Origin: Thermoplasmata archaeon
GTDB taxonomy: Archaea > Thermoplasmatota > Thermoplasmata > RBG-16-68-12 > JAFNFQ01
Direction of reading: 5' to 3'
NCBI GenBank assembly: GCA_041489255.1
Contig: JBGPQV010000008.1
Span: 32,917 to 96,916 of the forward strand
DNA: 64,000 nucleotides
The position numbers and the translations under genes are program-made. Below are positions 28,391 through 38,059 of this stretch, one piece after another (position 1 is the stretch's first letter; each line of letters begins with the position of its first letter). Below the pieces are notes generated by a model, which ran no database searches, had not been told where the DNA came from, and saw only the letters and a list, made by a program, of their open reading frames with translations.

Positions 28391-28426
28391 AGAGCGCCCC
28401 TTTTCTCTTTTTCTCTTGACTTTCGC

Positions 28427-28681
28427 CTACCCAGTCCACTTGAAGTCCTCGATCGGCATCGACAGGGAGGTCTTGGTCTCCGCCACGCGCCCGAACTGGA
28501 AGGTGAAGTCTGCGGCGGTCGAGGCGTCTGGCGCCTCGAATATCACGAGCGCGTCCGGCTTGCCCAGCAGCCCCAGGAACTCGTGGATCATGATGTTGTT
28601 GGGGATCTTGGGGTGCCTGAACAGTCGCGTCGCTTCCTCGAATTGTCCCGGGATTATTGTCAGCTGTGCGATGAACAACAT
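28427..28681 (-). CDS. Small ferredoxin-like fold protein (GYD-like)
   Basis: FLGLLGKPDALVIFEAPD..ETKT pattern. Confidence 0.65.
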   Translation of the reverse strand: MLFIAQLTIIPGQFEEATRLFRHPKIPNNIMIHEFLGLLGKPDALVIFEAPDASTAADFTFQFGRVAETKTSLSMPIEDFKWTG

Positions 28682-28715
28682 CTGGCCACCAATTCGACCA
28701 ACGCCCGGCCTCTAT

Positions 28716-29204
28716 TTATGCTTTGGCGGGAGGCTTGTCCGCTTCTTTCTTCACGGGGAGACGGTGGACCTTGACCCTCAGGTAGTGCGCCTGCGCGACC
28801 GTCGAGCCGAGTATCCTGTCGGAGAGCCTCTGCCGCGGGTCTCCCTCTCCCGCCAGGCCGGCGAGCGCGTCGATCATCGGGAAGAGGTACCAGAAGAACT
28901 TGGGGACGCTCCGCACGAAGGCCATGGCGGGGGTCAGGTTCCCTCGCTCGGCCCTCACTTTCAGCCGGAGCAGCACCTTCCCGGGGGTCTGCCCGACGGC
29001 GGCCTCGGAGATCGCCGAGTAGAGGAAGAATGAGAAGCCAGACATCAGGCCGAACATGACCATCTCGGTGACGCCGAGCACGGTGAGAATTGCCCAAGTC
29101 AGGAGCAGCACGAGGACTGCGTCGACGATGAACGCGCAGATCCGCTTCAGCCAGTGTACCTGGAGGACCCTGGTTCGTCCTAGGAGATCGAATCCGTTCG
29201 TCAA
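28716..29204 (-). CDS. RDD family membrane protein
   Basis: KRICAFIVD, GQTPGK, QRLSDRILGSTV. Confidence 0.9.
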   Translation of the reverse strand: MTNGFDLLGRTRVLQVHWLKRICAFIVDAVLVLLLTWAILTVLGVTEMVMFGLMSGFSFFLYSAISEAAVGQTPGKVLLRLKVRAERGNLTPAMAFVRSVPKFFWYLFPMIDALAGLAGEGDPRQRLSDRILGSTVAQAHYLRVKVHRLPVKKEADKPPAKA

Positions 29205-29487
29205 GAGTGCACCCGATTGTCTTCATCAGGCGACCGATATAAGAATCTATCTCAGGAGGCCGCGCGGCAGTCCGCCATGAAGAAGTGCCACTCAGATCGC
29301 CCATCACTCATCACGTTCAGCGTCGCTCTTCTCATCACGGTGGCGGCGGTGCCATGCACCCCGCCGTTCTTAGGCTTTTCCGAAGGATTGGTGTCATGGC
29401 TGGCGGTCGGCAGGTCCCCTCGCGCGAGATGAAAAATGAAAAGTGAAAGGTGGAAGGCGGGTAGTACCGCCTTCCTTGATCGTCGGC

Positions 29488-32400
29488 CTACTTCTTTTGC
29501 GGCGGCGGTGCCACTGGCCTCTGGGCCGGGGGCGCCGGCTTTGCGGGAGCCGGAGCGGCCGGTCTTGCCGGTGGCGCCTGCCTCATCGGCGGTGCCGGTG
29601 GGATCTCCTCGGGCGGGAGCTCCTCCTCGACCGGGGGCTTCTTGCGCCTCATCACGAGGAACAGCACAAGGGCCACAACGACGATGATCACGATGATCAG
29701 GATGATCCACACCATGAGATCGCTCGCCGGGCTTGGCCCAGCCTTCTCGGTCCAAGTTGCCGTGATGCTCTTCGGTGCGTCCATCGTGACCGTTGTCGCT
29801 GCTGTCGTAGCGGTCGAATCTCCTGTCCACGCGGTGAAGTCGTAGGTCTTGTCGCCAACGGTCGCCGGCGTGGTCACCGTCACTGTCGCGACGGCGCCCG
29901 CGTTGTACCATCCGTCTGTGTTGGTCTGGGTCGAATCGCCGCATGCGGTGGTGCCGCAGTTGGACGTCGCTGTCAGCTTGTACTGCACTTGCCAGCCTGC
30001 GGTGACGGTCTTGGGCGAATCCATTGTGATCGTCAACGGGCGAGTCGTCCCGGAGGCGTCGCCGGACCAGCTTGTGAAGACATAGCGCGTGTCAACAGTC
30101 ACATCAGCCGGAGAGTCGAGCGTTATCGACGCCTGCGTCCCCGCCTGATACCAGCAGTTGGCGTTCGAGCATGTTGCGGTGCCGTGTGCCGTAGTCACCG
30201 TGATCTTGTACTGGGTGATCCAGTTCGCCGTGGCAGTCTTCGGCGCGTTCATCGAGCTGAAGGTGTAGGATGTCGAGATCCCGGAGGCGTCGCCGCTCCA
30301 CAGCGAGAACACGTACTGGGTGTCCGTTACGCCGGGCCACGGTGACGTGACCGAGACGGTCGCAGCTGCGCCCTCGTTGTACCAGCAGTCCACGTTGCTG
30401 CACGCCAGGCCACCTAGGCCGGTGGGGCTCGCGGGTATCTGGCCGAGGGTGATCTTGTACTGCGGCTGGAAGTTCGCCATGAACGAGTTGCTTGACAGAA
30501 CCGTGTATGCCGCGTGGTTCGGGTTGGGGTTGCCGGACCAATCCTGGAAGACGTATTGCGTGGTGGCTCCACCCTGCGTGGTCTGAGTCACGTTGAACCA
30601 GTGGACGCTCATGAATTCCCACCAGAACGTCCTGAGTCCGTTTGCCGACACGAGCGTGTCGACCGTATAGTCCAGCGCAATCGGGCTCGTGTTCAGCGTG
30701 GTCTGGAACTCGTGGTGGCAGTAGGCGGTCTCGGTGATCGCGTCGTTCATTGTGACCGAGGCCGACTGACTTCCTCCAGTGTAGTTCCCCAGGCCGCTTC
30801 CAACCCATTTCCAGAACCTGTACTGCTCGCCAGCGGGCAGACCCGTCGGAGCAACCCAGTCGATGTTGACGGGGTCGCCCTTGACGTGCCAGCCCGATGT
30901 CGGCGTCACTGAGCCCATGCAGGTGTTCGAGTCCAGGACCATGGTGAGATAATACTCAGCGGACCACATCGAGATGTATGTCCTGGGTTCGATGATCGGA
31001 CCGATCGGTCTGATCTGCCTGAGATCGCCATCGCTCCACTGCAGGAACACGTACCTGCTGCCCGCGGAGGTCTGCGGAGTAAACATGATCAGGCTCGGCG
31101 ACGAACTCGCGTCCGCCCAACACCGCAACGGGGCGGGCATCTGGACGTCGCATCCTGGTATGTCGCTGCCGACAGTCGGACCCGGGCTCTCTATGTTGGC
31201 CCTGATCTGGATGAGATACTGGGTGATGAAGTTGGCAGTGTAAGTGTTTGCGCCCGGTATGGTGACGTTCCATCCCCATGTCGTCGGGCCGCCTATCCAG
31301 CGATCGAAGCGGTATCTCGTGTCGACCGGGCTTGGAGGCTGAGGCGACGAGGTGAGGAGCATGTGCGACACACCCGATGCGGACCAGAATGTCACAGGCG
31401 CGGAAGCCAGTGCGGTCGTGTCGAATCCGACGTTCAATCCCCCTGGATTCGTCTGTATGGTTATCTGGTACTCCAGACCGAAGTTGGCCGTAAGGTTGAG
31501 ACAGGTCGTGCCGACGACGGCGTTCCTCGTGCGCGTGGTGATTCCGTCCGACCAGTCGACGAATACGTAATGCTCTTCTGGTATCGCACCGTTCTGCGGT
31601 GAGGGCGCGTCTGCCGTGTACGTCTGCGGGCTCTCATAGGTCACGTACTGTGCTGTGTGAGACAGCCCCTTCCAGATCACCTGCAATCCGGTCGGGTTCG
31701 TGTCGAGCTGGACGCGGTACTTGGCGCTGAATTGCGCCGTCAGGCTGAACGAACCGGTGACGTCGATGGTCTTCAGCGGGAGCAGGTCCCCGTCCTGCCA
31801 CTGGGTGAACGTGCACTGCTTGCAAGAGCCATCCTGCTGCGGCGGGATTGGAGCGCGCACTGTGTGTGTGCTCCCCGGCGACCAGCGGGCTGTGTACGGA
31901 GTCTGAATCGTGAGTGTGTCGTCAATCACCAGGCTCATCGTGGAAGGCGAGCCACCGCAGGTAGAGTTGAGCCAGAACGGGTACGTGATGTAACCAGTCG
32001 TATAGATGTTGGAGTTTCCGTCCCTGTTGTCCTGCCATGCGACCTTCGGCGCGCCGGAGTAGTCAATGAAGACACTTGTCGACCTGTCCGCGTTTACTGC
32101 GCTCCCTGCATTGTCGCTTACTTTCTGTAAGGTCCAAACGCTCCCTGTGTCGGTGCTGGCCATGTCCGTCATCACATTGTTCGAGTAGTACGTGATGTGG
32201 AAGGTCGTTCCGACACCTGAGACTGAGATCGATCTCTGGTTGGTGACCGATGCGTCAAGCGGAACCACGCCGTTCGGGGTGGCCCAACCGTCGGTCGTCG
32301 TGAAGGCGTCTATCTGGTGTCTTGATGGGTCGGCCGCCTTGCGGTATGTGCCCGCGACGACGGCGTTCATTCCGTCAGATGCGCCTGCACCGAACAGCGC

Positions 32401-33432
32401 GTCGCTTGATGTTGCGACGCTGTTCCAGCCGCTCACTGGACTGGCTCCGTCCTCGGAGATATAGATCCAGAGCAGTTCCCATTCTGTGCCGTCCGTCACC
32501 TCATTGTCCATGACCTGGGTATAGTCGGCGCTGCCCCACCAAGCGGATGGGTGCATGGGATCGACGATGAAGCGCGTTCCTCCTGGTGCGGGATCGACCA
32601 GCCAGTAGAACCCGCCCAGGGGGGATGACCATCCCGACGGGTCGCCGTTTGCGTATTGCTCGCCAATCCAGTAGACGTTATGGGCTCCGCCGCCGCAGTT
32701 GGTTGCGGAGCTGCAGAACGCCTGTCCCTGTAGCATGATCCCGTCGTCATACGTGCCCACATTCCTCTGGGCGACGACCGAGGGATACTGGATATCGGTC
32801 AGGTCTCCCGTCCAAAGCGCGTTTATGTCAATTGTCCACCCGCTGAAGGTATTACCGTCTGGCGAGTGTGCGAATGGCTGCGCGTTCGGCTGCGCGTCGT
32901 CACGCCATGTCACGATTACCGTGCCTTGGGATGTGATCGCGATGGATGGGTCGATCTCGTTCGTGCCTGGCGTCGCTGCGAAGGGCTGCGTGATCCACGT
33001 CAGACCATCAGCCGAGACAGCCAGGTGGATGTCGTAGTCGGCACCGTTGTAGTGCTGGAAGACCAAATAATGGAGGCCGTCCGCCAAACCACCGAGGTTC
33101 GGGTATATCGCCAAGCTCGGCCTCGATTCCTCCGCCGCGTCGTTCCATACCTGGACGTTCGCGCCAAATGGAAGGTCCATCGGATGCGGCCCATTTCCCG
33201 CCGGCGGCGTCGGTGACACTGTCACCTTCATTCCCGTTGGCTGTACCACAAGCTGGCCGGTGTACTTGACGGCCTGCGGAGTCGGTATGCGTTCAACTCC
33301 GTTAACGTCCGGCGTCGTCGGTGCGGCTTTCGCCGTCTGCGCCGACGAGAGCGCCAGAACCAGGCTCATCAGTATTGCCCCGGCCAGGAGGATTAACAAT
33401 CTGTTTCTACCAAACTTTTTTGATGAAGTCAT
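29488..33432 (-). CDS. Large surface (glyco)protein: signal peptide, beta-propeller-like N-terminus, tandem InlB-B-like repeats, C-terminal TM anchor
   Basis: Repeats of Y(V)FxxWSGD..TITMDSPKTVTAxWxxQY; C-terminal hydrophobic helix + RRKK + Pro-rich tail. Confidence 0.9.
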   Translation of the reverse strand: MTSSKKFGRNRLLILLAGAILMSLVLALSSAQTAKAAPTTPDVNGVERIPTPQAVKYTGQLVVQPTGMKVTVSPTPPAGNGPHPMDLPFGANVQVWNDAAEESRPSLAIYPNLGGLADGLHYLVFQHYNGADYDIHLAVSADGLTWITQPFAATPGTNEIDPSIAITSQGTVIVTWRDDAQPNAQPFAHSPDGNTFSGWTIDINALWTGDLTDIQYPSVVAQRNVGTYDDGIMLQGQAFCSSATNCGGGAHNVYWIGEQYANGDPSGWSSPLGGFYWLVDPAPGGTRFIVDPMHPSAWWGSADYTQVMDNEVTDGTEWELLWIYISEDGASPVSGWNSVATSSDALFGAGASDGMNAVVAGTYRKAADPSRHQIDAFTTTDGWATPNGVVPLDASVTNQRSISVSGVGTTFHITYYSNNVMTDMASTDTGSVWTLQKVSDNAGSAVNADRSTSVFIDYSGAPKVAWQDNRDGNSNIYTTGYITYPFWLNSTCGGSPSTMSLVIDDTLTIQTPYTARWSPGSTHTVRAPIPPQQDGSCKQCTFTQWQDGDLLPLKTIDVTGSFSLTAQFSAKYRVQLDTNPTGLQVIWKGLSHTAQYVTYESPQTYTADAPSPQNGAIPEEHYVFVDWSDGITTRTRNAVVGTTCLNLTANFGLEYQITIQTNPGGLNVGFDTTALASAPVTFWSASGVSHMLLTSSPQPPSPVDTRYRFDRWIGGPTTWGWNVTIPGANTYTANFITQYLIQIRANIESPGPTVGSDIPGCDVQMPAPLRCWADASSSPSLIMFTPQTSAGSRYVFLQWSDGDLRQIRPIGPIIEPRTYISMWSAEYYLTMVLDSNTCMGSVTPTSGWHVKGDPVNIDWVAPTGLPAGEQYRFWKWVGSGLGNYTGGSQSASVTMNDAITETAYCHHEFQTTLNTSPIALDYTVDTLVSANGLRTFWWEFMSVHWFNVTQTTQGGATTQYVFQDWSGNPNPNHAAYTVLSSNSFMANFQPQYKITLGQIPASPTGLGGLACSNVDCWYNEGAAATVSVTSPWPGVTDTQYVFSLWSGDASGISTSYTFSSMNAPKTATANWITQYKITVTTAHGTATCSNANCWYQAGTQASITLDSPADVTVDTRYVFTSWSGDASGTTRPLTITMDSPKTVTAGWQVQYKLTATSNCGTTACGDSTQTNTDGWYNAGAVATVTVTTPATVGDKTYDFTAWTGDSTATTAATTVTMDAPKSITATWTEKAGPSPASDLMVWIILIIVIIVVVALVLFLVMRRKKPPVEEELPPEEIPPAPPMRQAPPARPAAPAPAKPAPPAQRPVAPPPQKK

Positions 33433-33607
33433 CTAACCACCTCCTTCTTGGAGCAATGTTAGAGCTGATTCGTCCAAACCTTAGCCCGCTATTTAAATTG
33501 TTTGGTGAGACGGTGCAAACATCAGGAGGGCGTGTTTCTCCAATCGGCACGGTCTCAGACCCGCCAACTCGGGCAAACAATATAGCGGACCTCGCGGCTT
33601 GCGTTGT

Positions 33608-34105
33608 GTGGTTCGCCTCATCGCCTACCATGCGGAGCAGTGCGACCCGAAGAAGTGCACCGCGAACAAGCTGCACCGCTTCGGACTCGTCGAGTTCAGA
33701 CCGTCAATCCGCTCTATACCGCCGCGCTGTGTCTTGCTGACTCCAATCGCCACGACCCTGCTTTCCCCCGCTGATGCCCGCATCGCAAGGAACCGCGGCA
33801 TCGCGGTGCTCGACCTCTCCTGGAAACGCGGGAGATTCCCGAGCGTCCCTCAGGCCAAATCGAGGATACTCCCCTACCTCGTCGCCGCCAACCCTGTCAA
33901 CTACGGGAATCCCCGTGCACTCTCATGCGCTGAGGCGTTTGCCGCCGCCCTCTTCATCCTCGGAGAACCGGAGCAGGCGAGCGCGGTCATGTCGAAATTC
34001 AAGTGGGGCGAGGTGTTCCTCGCGCTGAACAAGGAACCGCTCGAAACATACAGCGGATGCAGCAATCCGGATGAGGTCGCCAAGGCAGAGCGACTCTTCT
34101 GCTAG
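33608..34105 (+). CDS. tsr3: rRNA aminocarboxypropyltransferase Tsr3
   Basis: QCDPKKCT, LSPAD, LPYLVAANPVNYG, LSCAEA, FKWG..FLALN. Confidence 0.94.
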   Translation: MVRLIAYHAEQCDPKKCTANKLHRFGLVEFRPSIRSIPPRCVLLTPIATTLLSPADARIARNRGIAVLDLSWKRGRFPSVPQAKSRILPYLVAANPVNYGNPRALSCAEAFAAALFILGEPEQASAVMSKFKWGEVFLALNKEPLETYSGCSNPDEVAKAERLFC

Positions 34106-34181
34106 GAGATCGTCCTTCACTCCAACTCGCCCGTCCCAAGGGAGGGTTTAAGGCTGTGCACACCGATAAGGCGGCGATTCC

Positions 34182-34490
34182 ATGACACTCCCGAAGAAGC
34201 TCCATCATCTGTTCTGGGACTACGATGCCGCTGCTCTCGACTGGCCGTCCGATCGCGAGTTCGTGATTTCCCGGATACTCGCTTCCGGGGACTGGGAATC
34301 CATCAAGTGGCTCATGAACCGGGTGAAAACCGATGAGCTGCGTCGCTTCATCGTGAAGCGCCATGGGCGGGGGTTGGAATCTCGTCAACTCCGCTTTTGG
34401 GAACTCATCCTCGACATCCCGCGCGCAGAGGTGAACCGCTGGCTGAGGGCGATGGCGGGCAATCCGTGGCATGGGAGGAGACGGAAATGA
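34182..34490 (+). CDS. Antitoxin-like partner of AbiEii (DUF6922-like)
   Basis: HLFWDYD..FVISRIL..GDWESIKWL..FW; ATGA overlap with the downstream gene. Confidence 0.8.
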   Translation: MTLPKKLHHLFWDYDAAALDWPSDREFVISRILASGDWESIKWLMNRVKTDELRRFIVKRHGRGLESRQLRFWELILDIPRAEVNRWLRAMAGNPWHGRRRK

Positions 34491-35122
34491 AGTGGCATCT
34501 GGAAGTACTGCGATCGACCCAGGACAGAGCACTATTCGACCTCGGACCCACAATGGAGAGGCTGGGCTTCTATCTGGCGGGCGGGACTGCTGTCGCGCTT
34601 CATCTAGGTCACCGCCGCTCCGTCGACCTCGACTGGTTCTCCGGCGAGAGTCTCGGAGACATCATGAAGCTGGCAAGAGCGCTCACAGAGGGGGTCGGCT
34701 TCAAGGCAGGACGGGTGGCTCCAGGGACCTTGCATGGCGCTCGTTCGGGCGTCCGTCTGAGCTTCCTCGAATACTTCTACCCGAACCTGAGGAAACCCTC
34801 ATTCCTCGCGGAGTTCGGCTGTCGTGTCGCCTCCCTGGACGACCTTGCCTGCATGAAGCTCTCCGCAGTCGCCCAACGAGGATCCAAGAAGGATTTCGTG
34901 GACGTCTACGCGATTCTGCTGGAGCACCGCCCGCTTCCGGATATTCTGAAGCTCTATCAGAAGAAATATCATATATCGGACATATCTCACCTGCTCACCG
35001 GCCTGGCCTACTTCGACGACGCGGAGGAGGAGCCCATGCCGGTCATGCTGTGGCGTGTGAAGTGGGAGGAAGTGAAAGAGGCAATCCGCAAATCCCTGCG
35101 AGAATTCGCACGAAGCCCGTGA
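34487..35122 (+). CDS. AbiEii/AbiGii-family nucleotidyltransferase toxin
   Basis: FYLAGGTAVALHLGHRRSVDLDWF, MKLSAVAQRGSKKDFVD. Confidence 0.92.
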   Translation: MKWHLEVLRSTQDRALFDLGPTMERLGFYLAGGTAVALHLGHRRSVDLDWFSGESLGDIMKLARALTEGVGFKAGRVAPGTLHGARSGVRLSFLEYFYPNLRKPSFLAEFGCRVASLDDLACMKLSAVAQRGSKKDFVDVYAILLEHRPLPDILKLYQKKYHISDISHLLTGLAYFDDAEEEPMPVMLWRVKWEEVKEAIRKSLREFARSP

Positions 35123-35183
35123 AAGATCTCAGCCGTCATGAAGCTGCGAATGTGCGAAGACCGCTCTTGGAGAGGGAGCCGTT

Positions 35184-35360
35184 TCACTTGAAGTCCGGCG
35201 GGAGGAGATTCGGTATCGCGTCCTTGATCTCGTACCGGTAGTTGCACTTCTTGCAGAACAGGGACCCCTCGATTATCTCGTCCTTCTCCACGTCGACCTT
35301 CAGATCGAGGTCGCCCTTGCACACGGGGCAGCAGAGTATCTCCATCAGGTCTCGCTTCAT
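35184..35360 (-). CDS. trm112: Methyltransferase activator Trm112
   Basis: Manual translation MKRDLMEILCCPVCKGDL...CKKCNYRYEIKDAIPNLLPP. Confidence 0.93.
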   Translation of the reverse strand: MKRDLMEILCCPVCKGDLDLKVDVEKDEIIEGSLFCKKCNYRYEIKDAIPNLLPPDFK

Positions 35361-35492
35361 GCGGGCCGATGAAAGGTAGCTGTCGATATAAATGCTTTGA
35401 ACGCTACTGTTTCTTCCTTATCGGCTGTTTGATTCGCCCTCCATGGAGAACACTTCCGTCGAGATACTGATTTGACCAAGTCAGGGTGGGAG

Positions 35493-37406
35493 TTACGGCT
35501 TCACGATTGGCGGCAACTGCGCCTCCTTCTGGAAGTGCACCACGAGCCTCATGTTGCCGTCGACGAGCTCGGTCTCGACCTTATAGCCGAGCTTGTACAT
35601 CATCCTCTGCGCTTTCAGATTGTCCCCGAGGGTCTCCGCTATGAAACCTTGGACGCCGTTCGCCCGCGCGATCCTCGCGAGGTACCTGACGAGGAACTTG
35701 CCTATGCCCTTCCCCTGGTAGTCGTCGCGCACGAGGTAGGCGACCTCGGCCATGCCCGTGGCCCTGTTGAGGATGTAGCGGCCGACCGCGACCTCGATCT
35801 CCCGCTCGCCCTCCTTCACCATGCCGACGATGGCCATCGTCTCCATATAGTCGATGTTGACGTAGCGCGCGACCTCCTCGCGAGACCAGGACTTCAGGGG
35901 GGCGAAAAACCTCTTGGCAATCGAATCCTGAGACAGCGAATAGAGGAGGTCCTTCTCCAGCGGCTCGTCCGTCGGCTTGATCGGCCTGAAGAACACTGTG
36001 AGGCCGCCCTCGAACGTCTGCGTCGTCTCCAATTCCTCGGGATATATCCCGCCCTCTTCCGGAATGTCAGGCTGGTCCTCCGGCACCCAGTTCATCTTCT
36101 TCGCCGCCGCCATCAGCTCCTTCCTGAACTTCGGGTGGGCGATGTTGATGAGGGCGAGCGCCCTCTCGCGGATGTTCTTGCCATGGAGGTAGGCCACGCC
36201 CCACTCCGTCACTATGTAGTGCACGTCCCCCCTGGTAGTGACGACACCCGCCCCCTCGCTGAGCATCGGCGTGATCCTGGAAACTGTCCCTTCCTTGGCG
36301 GTCGACGGCAGGGCGATGATCGGCTTCCCACCCTTCGACCTCGCCGCGCCGCGCACGAAGTCCAGCTGCCCGCCGATCCCGCTGTAGAACATCCAGCCGA
36401 GGGAGTCCGCGCAGACCTGCCCGGTGACGTCTACCTGCAGCGCCGAGTTGATCGAGACCATCTTCTCGTTCTGCGCGATGATGAAGGGGTCGTTGGTGTA
36501 CTCGTTCGGGTGGAATTCGATGAACGGGTTGTTGTCGACGAAGTCGTAGAGCTTCCTCGTGCCCATGCAGAAAGACGCGATGACCTTGTCCTTATGCAAT
36601 GTCTTCTTGTGACACGTGATGACGCCGGCGTCCACCAGCCTCTTCATCCCGTCCGAGAACATCTCCGTGTGCACACCAAGGTCCTTCTTGTCCTTCAGCG
36701 AGTCCAGGACCGCATCAGGTATCGTCCCGATGCCCATCTGCAGCGTCGCGCCGTCCTCCACCAGCGTGCCGATATTGCGGCCTATCCTCTTGGCGATGTC
36801 GTCCGCCGGCGGCGGGACGCTCTCCATTATCGGCTCCTCGTGCTCCACGAGCATGTCGATGTCGTCCACGTGGATGAACGAGTCCCCGAGCGTCCGCGGC
36901 ATCTGCTTGTTCACCTGGGCGATCACGAGTTCGGCGTTGTCCGCGGCTGGCTTCACCACGTCCACCGAGACCCCGAAAGAGCAGAAGCCGTGCTCGTCAG
37001 GCGGCGTCACCTGCACCAGGGCGACGTCTATCGGCACTCTCCCCGTGTGGAAGAGGTTGGCGACCTCAGACAAGAACACCGGTGTGTAGTCTGCCCTGCC
37101 CTCCGCCACCGCCTCCCGGACGTTCGGGCCGATGAAGAACGCATTGTGCCTGAAGTTCTCGGTCCACTTCAACTCGGTGTAGGGCGCGACGCCGAGAGTC
37201 ATGATGTGGATGATCTCCGTGCCCCAGATCTTGTTCGCCCTGTTGGTGAGGGCGTGGACAAGCCCCTGCGGCTCTGCGCAACCTGACCCTATGAAAATCC
37301 TGTCCCCGCTCTTGACGGACTCCATCGCATCGTCAGCGGTGCGGACCTTCTTCGCGTACCTTTCCTGCCAGGGCTTGAGGGACGAATCGGAAACCATAGA
37401 GGGCAC
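35493..37406 (-). CDS. Acetyl-CoA hydrolase/transferase fused to a GNAT domain
   Basis: LQMGIGTIP, HTEMFSDG, GIGGQLDFVRGA; C-terminal VRDDYQGKGIG GNAT motif A. Confidence 0.93.
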   Translation of the reverse strand: MPSMVSDSSLKPWQERYAKKVRTADDAMESVKSGDRIFIGSGCAEPQGLVHALTNRANKIWGTEIIHIMTLGVAPYTELKWTENFRHNAFFIGPNVREAVAEGRADYTPVFLSEVANLFHTGRVPIDVALVQVTPPDEHGFCSFGVSVDVVKPAADNAELVIAQVNKQMPRTLGDSFIHVDDIDMLVEHEEPIMESVPPPADDIAKRIGRNIGTLVEDGATLQMGIGTIPDAVLDSLKDKKDLGVHTEMFSDGMKRLVDAGVITCHKKTLHKDKVIASFCMGTRKLYDFVDNNPFIEFHPNEYTNDPFIIAQNEKMVSINSALQVDVTGQVCADSLGWMFYSGIGGQLDFVRGAARSKGGKPIIALPSTAKEGTVSRITPMLSEGAGVVTTRGDVHYIVTEWGVAYLHGKNIRERALALINIAHPKFRKELMAAAKKMNWVPEDQPDIPEEGGIYPEELETTQTFEGGLTVFFRPIKPTDEPLEKDLLYSLSQDSIAKRFFAPLKSWSREEVARYVNIDYMETMAIVGMVKEGEREIEVAVGRYILNRATGMAEVAYLVRDDYQGKGIGKFLVRYLARIARANGVQGFIAETLGDNLKAQRMMYKLGYKVETELVDGNMRLVVHFQKEAQLPPIVKP

Positions 37407-37582
37407 TCTCTTTCCTTCGCCGTCATCTCCGCACTGGTTCTATAACTTTGTTTGTCCTTCGGGGAAAATGTGGGATGTAGGGGTAATTGGTGTATTGACC
37501 GACGGAAAGTGCCGCCACTGCGCGGGTCTCGGAGGCCAAGTTCTTTTTGCTGGGAGATTGTTCAGGGCGTCGGTGCAGAGGC

Positions 37583-38050
37583 ATGAAATGGGTCACTAGG
37601 ATGAAAGCCAAGGTCGATCGGATCGCGTGTCCGTGGCTGATACGCCTCTTCGTTGATCCTGAAGCGGATTTCCTCTTCGTGCCGGCAAGAAAAGTCAAGG
37701 AAACCGCCGCCAGGGAAAACGCGATCCCGTTCGACGCTCCCGGTGTTGAGCTGGGGCATTACAAAGTCGACGGCGAGGAGCGTGTCAGCTTTGACGCGAT
37801 TATCCGCAAGTACAAGCTCGACGACCCCGCCCTCCTCGATCTCGCCGAGATCGTCCGTTCTGCAGACTCCAAGCATGTGTCCAACCCGCGACCGGAGGGA
37901 ATCGGCCTCGAAGCGGCGGCGACCGGCTTCCGGATGATTGCAAAGGACGATCACGAGAATATGCGCATCCAGTTCCCCTTGTACGACGCGTTGTACGTGT
38001 ACTGCATGTCGCGAGTGAAACAGGGGAAGATTACTCCCGCCCACAGGTGA
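37583..38050 (+). CDS. Chromate resistance ChrB C-terminal domain protein
   Basis: MKWVTR..KVDRIACPWLIRLFVDPEADF..AIPFD..GVELGH. Confidence 0.92.
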   Translation: MKWVTRMKAKVDRIACPWLIRLFVDPEADFLFVPARKVKETAARENAIPFDAPGVELGHYKVDGEERVSFDAIIRKYKLDDPALLDLAEIVRSADSKHVSNPRPEGIGLEAAATGFRMIAKDDHENMRIQFPLYDALYVYCMSRVKQGKITPAHR

Positions 38051-38059
38051 GGGGTTCGC

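Noticed and set aside
29217-29432. Small ORF with a hydrophobic stretch between the RDD and surface-protein genes
   Set aside because: No recognisable family; insufficient support
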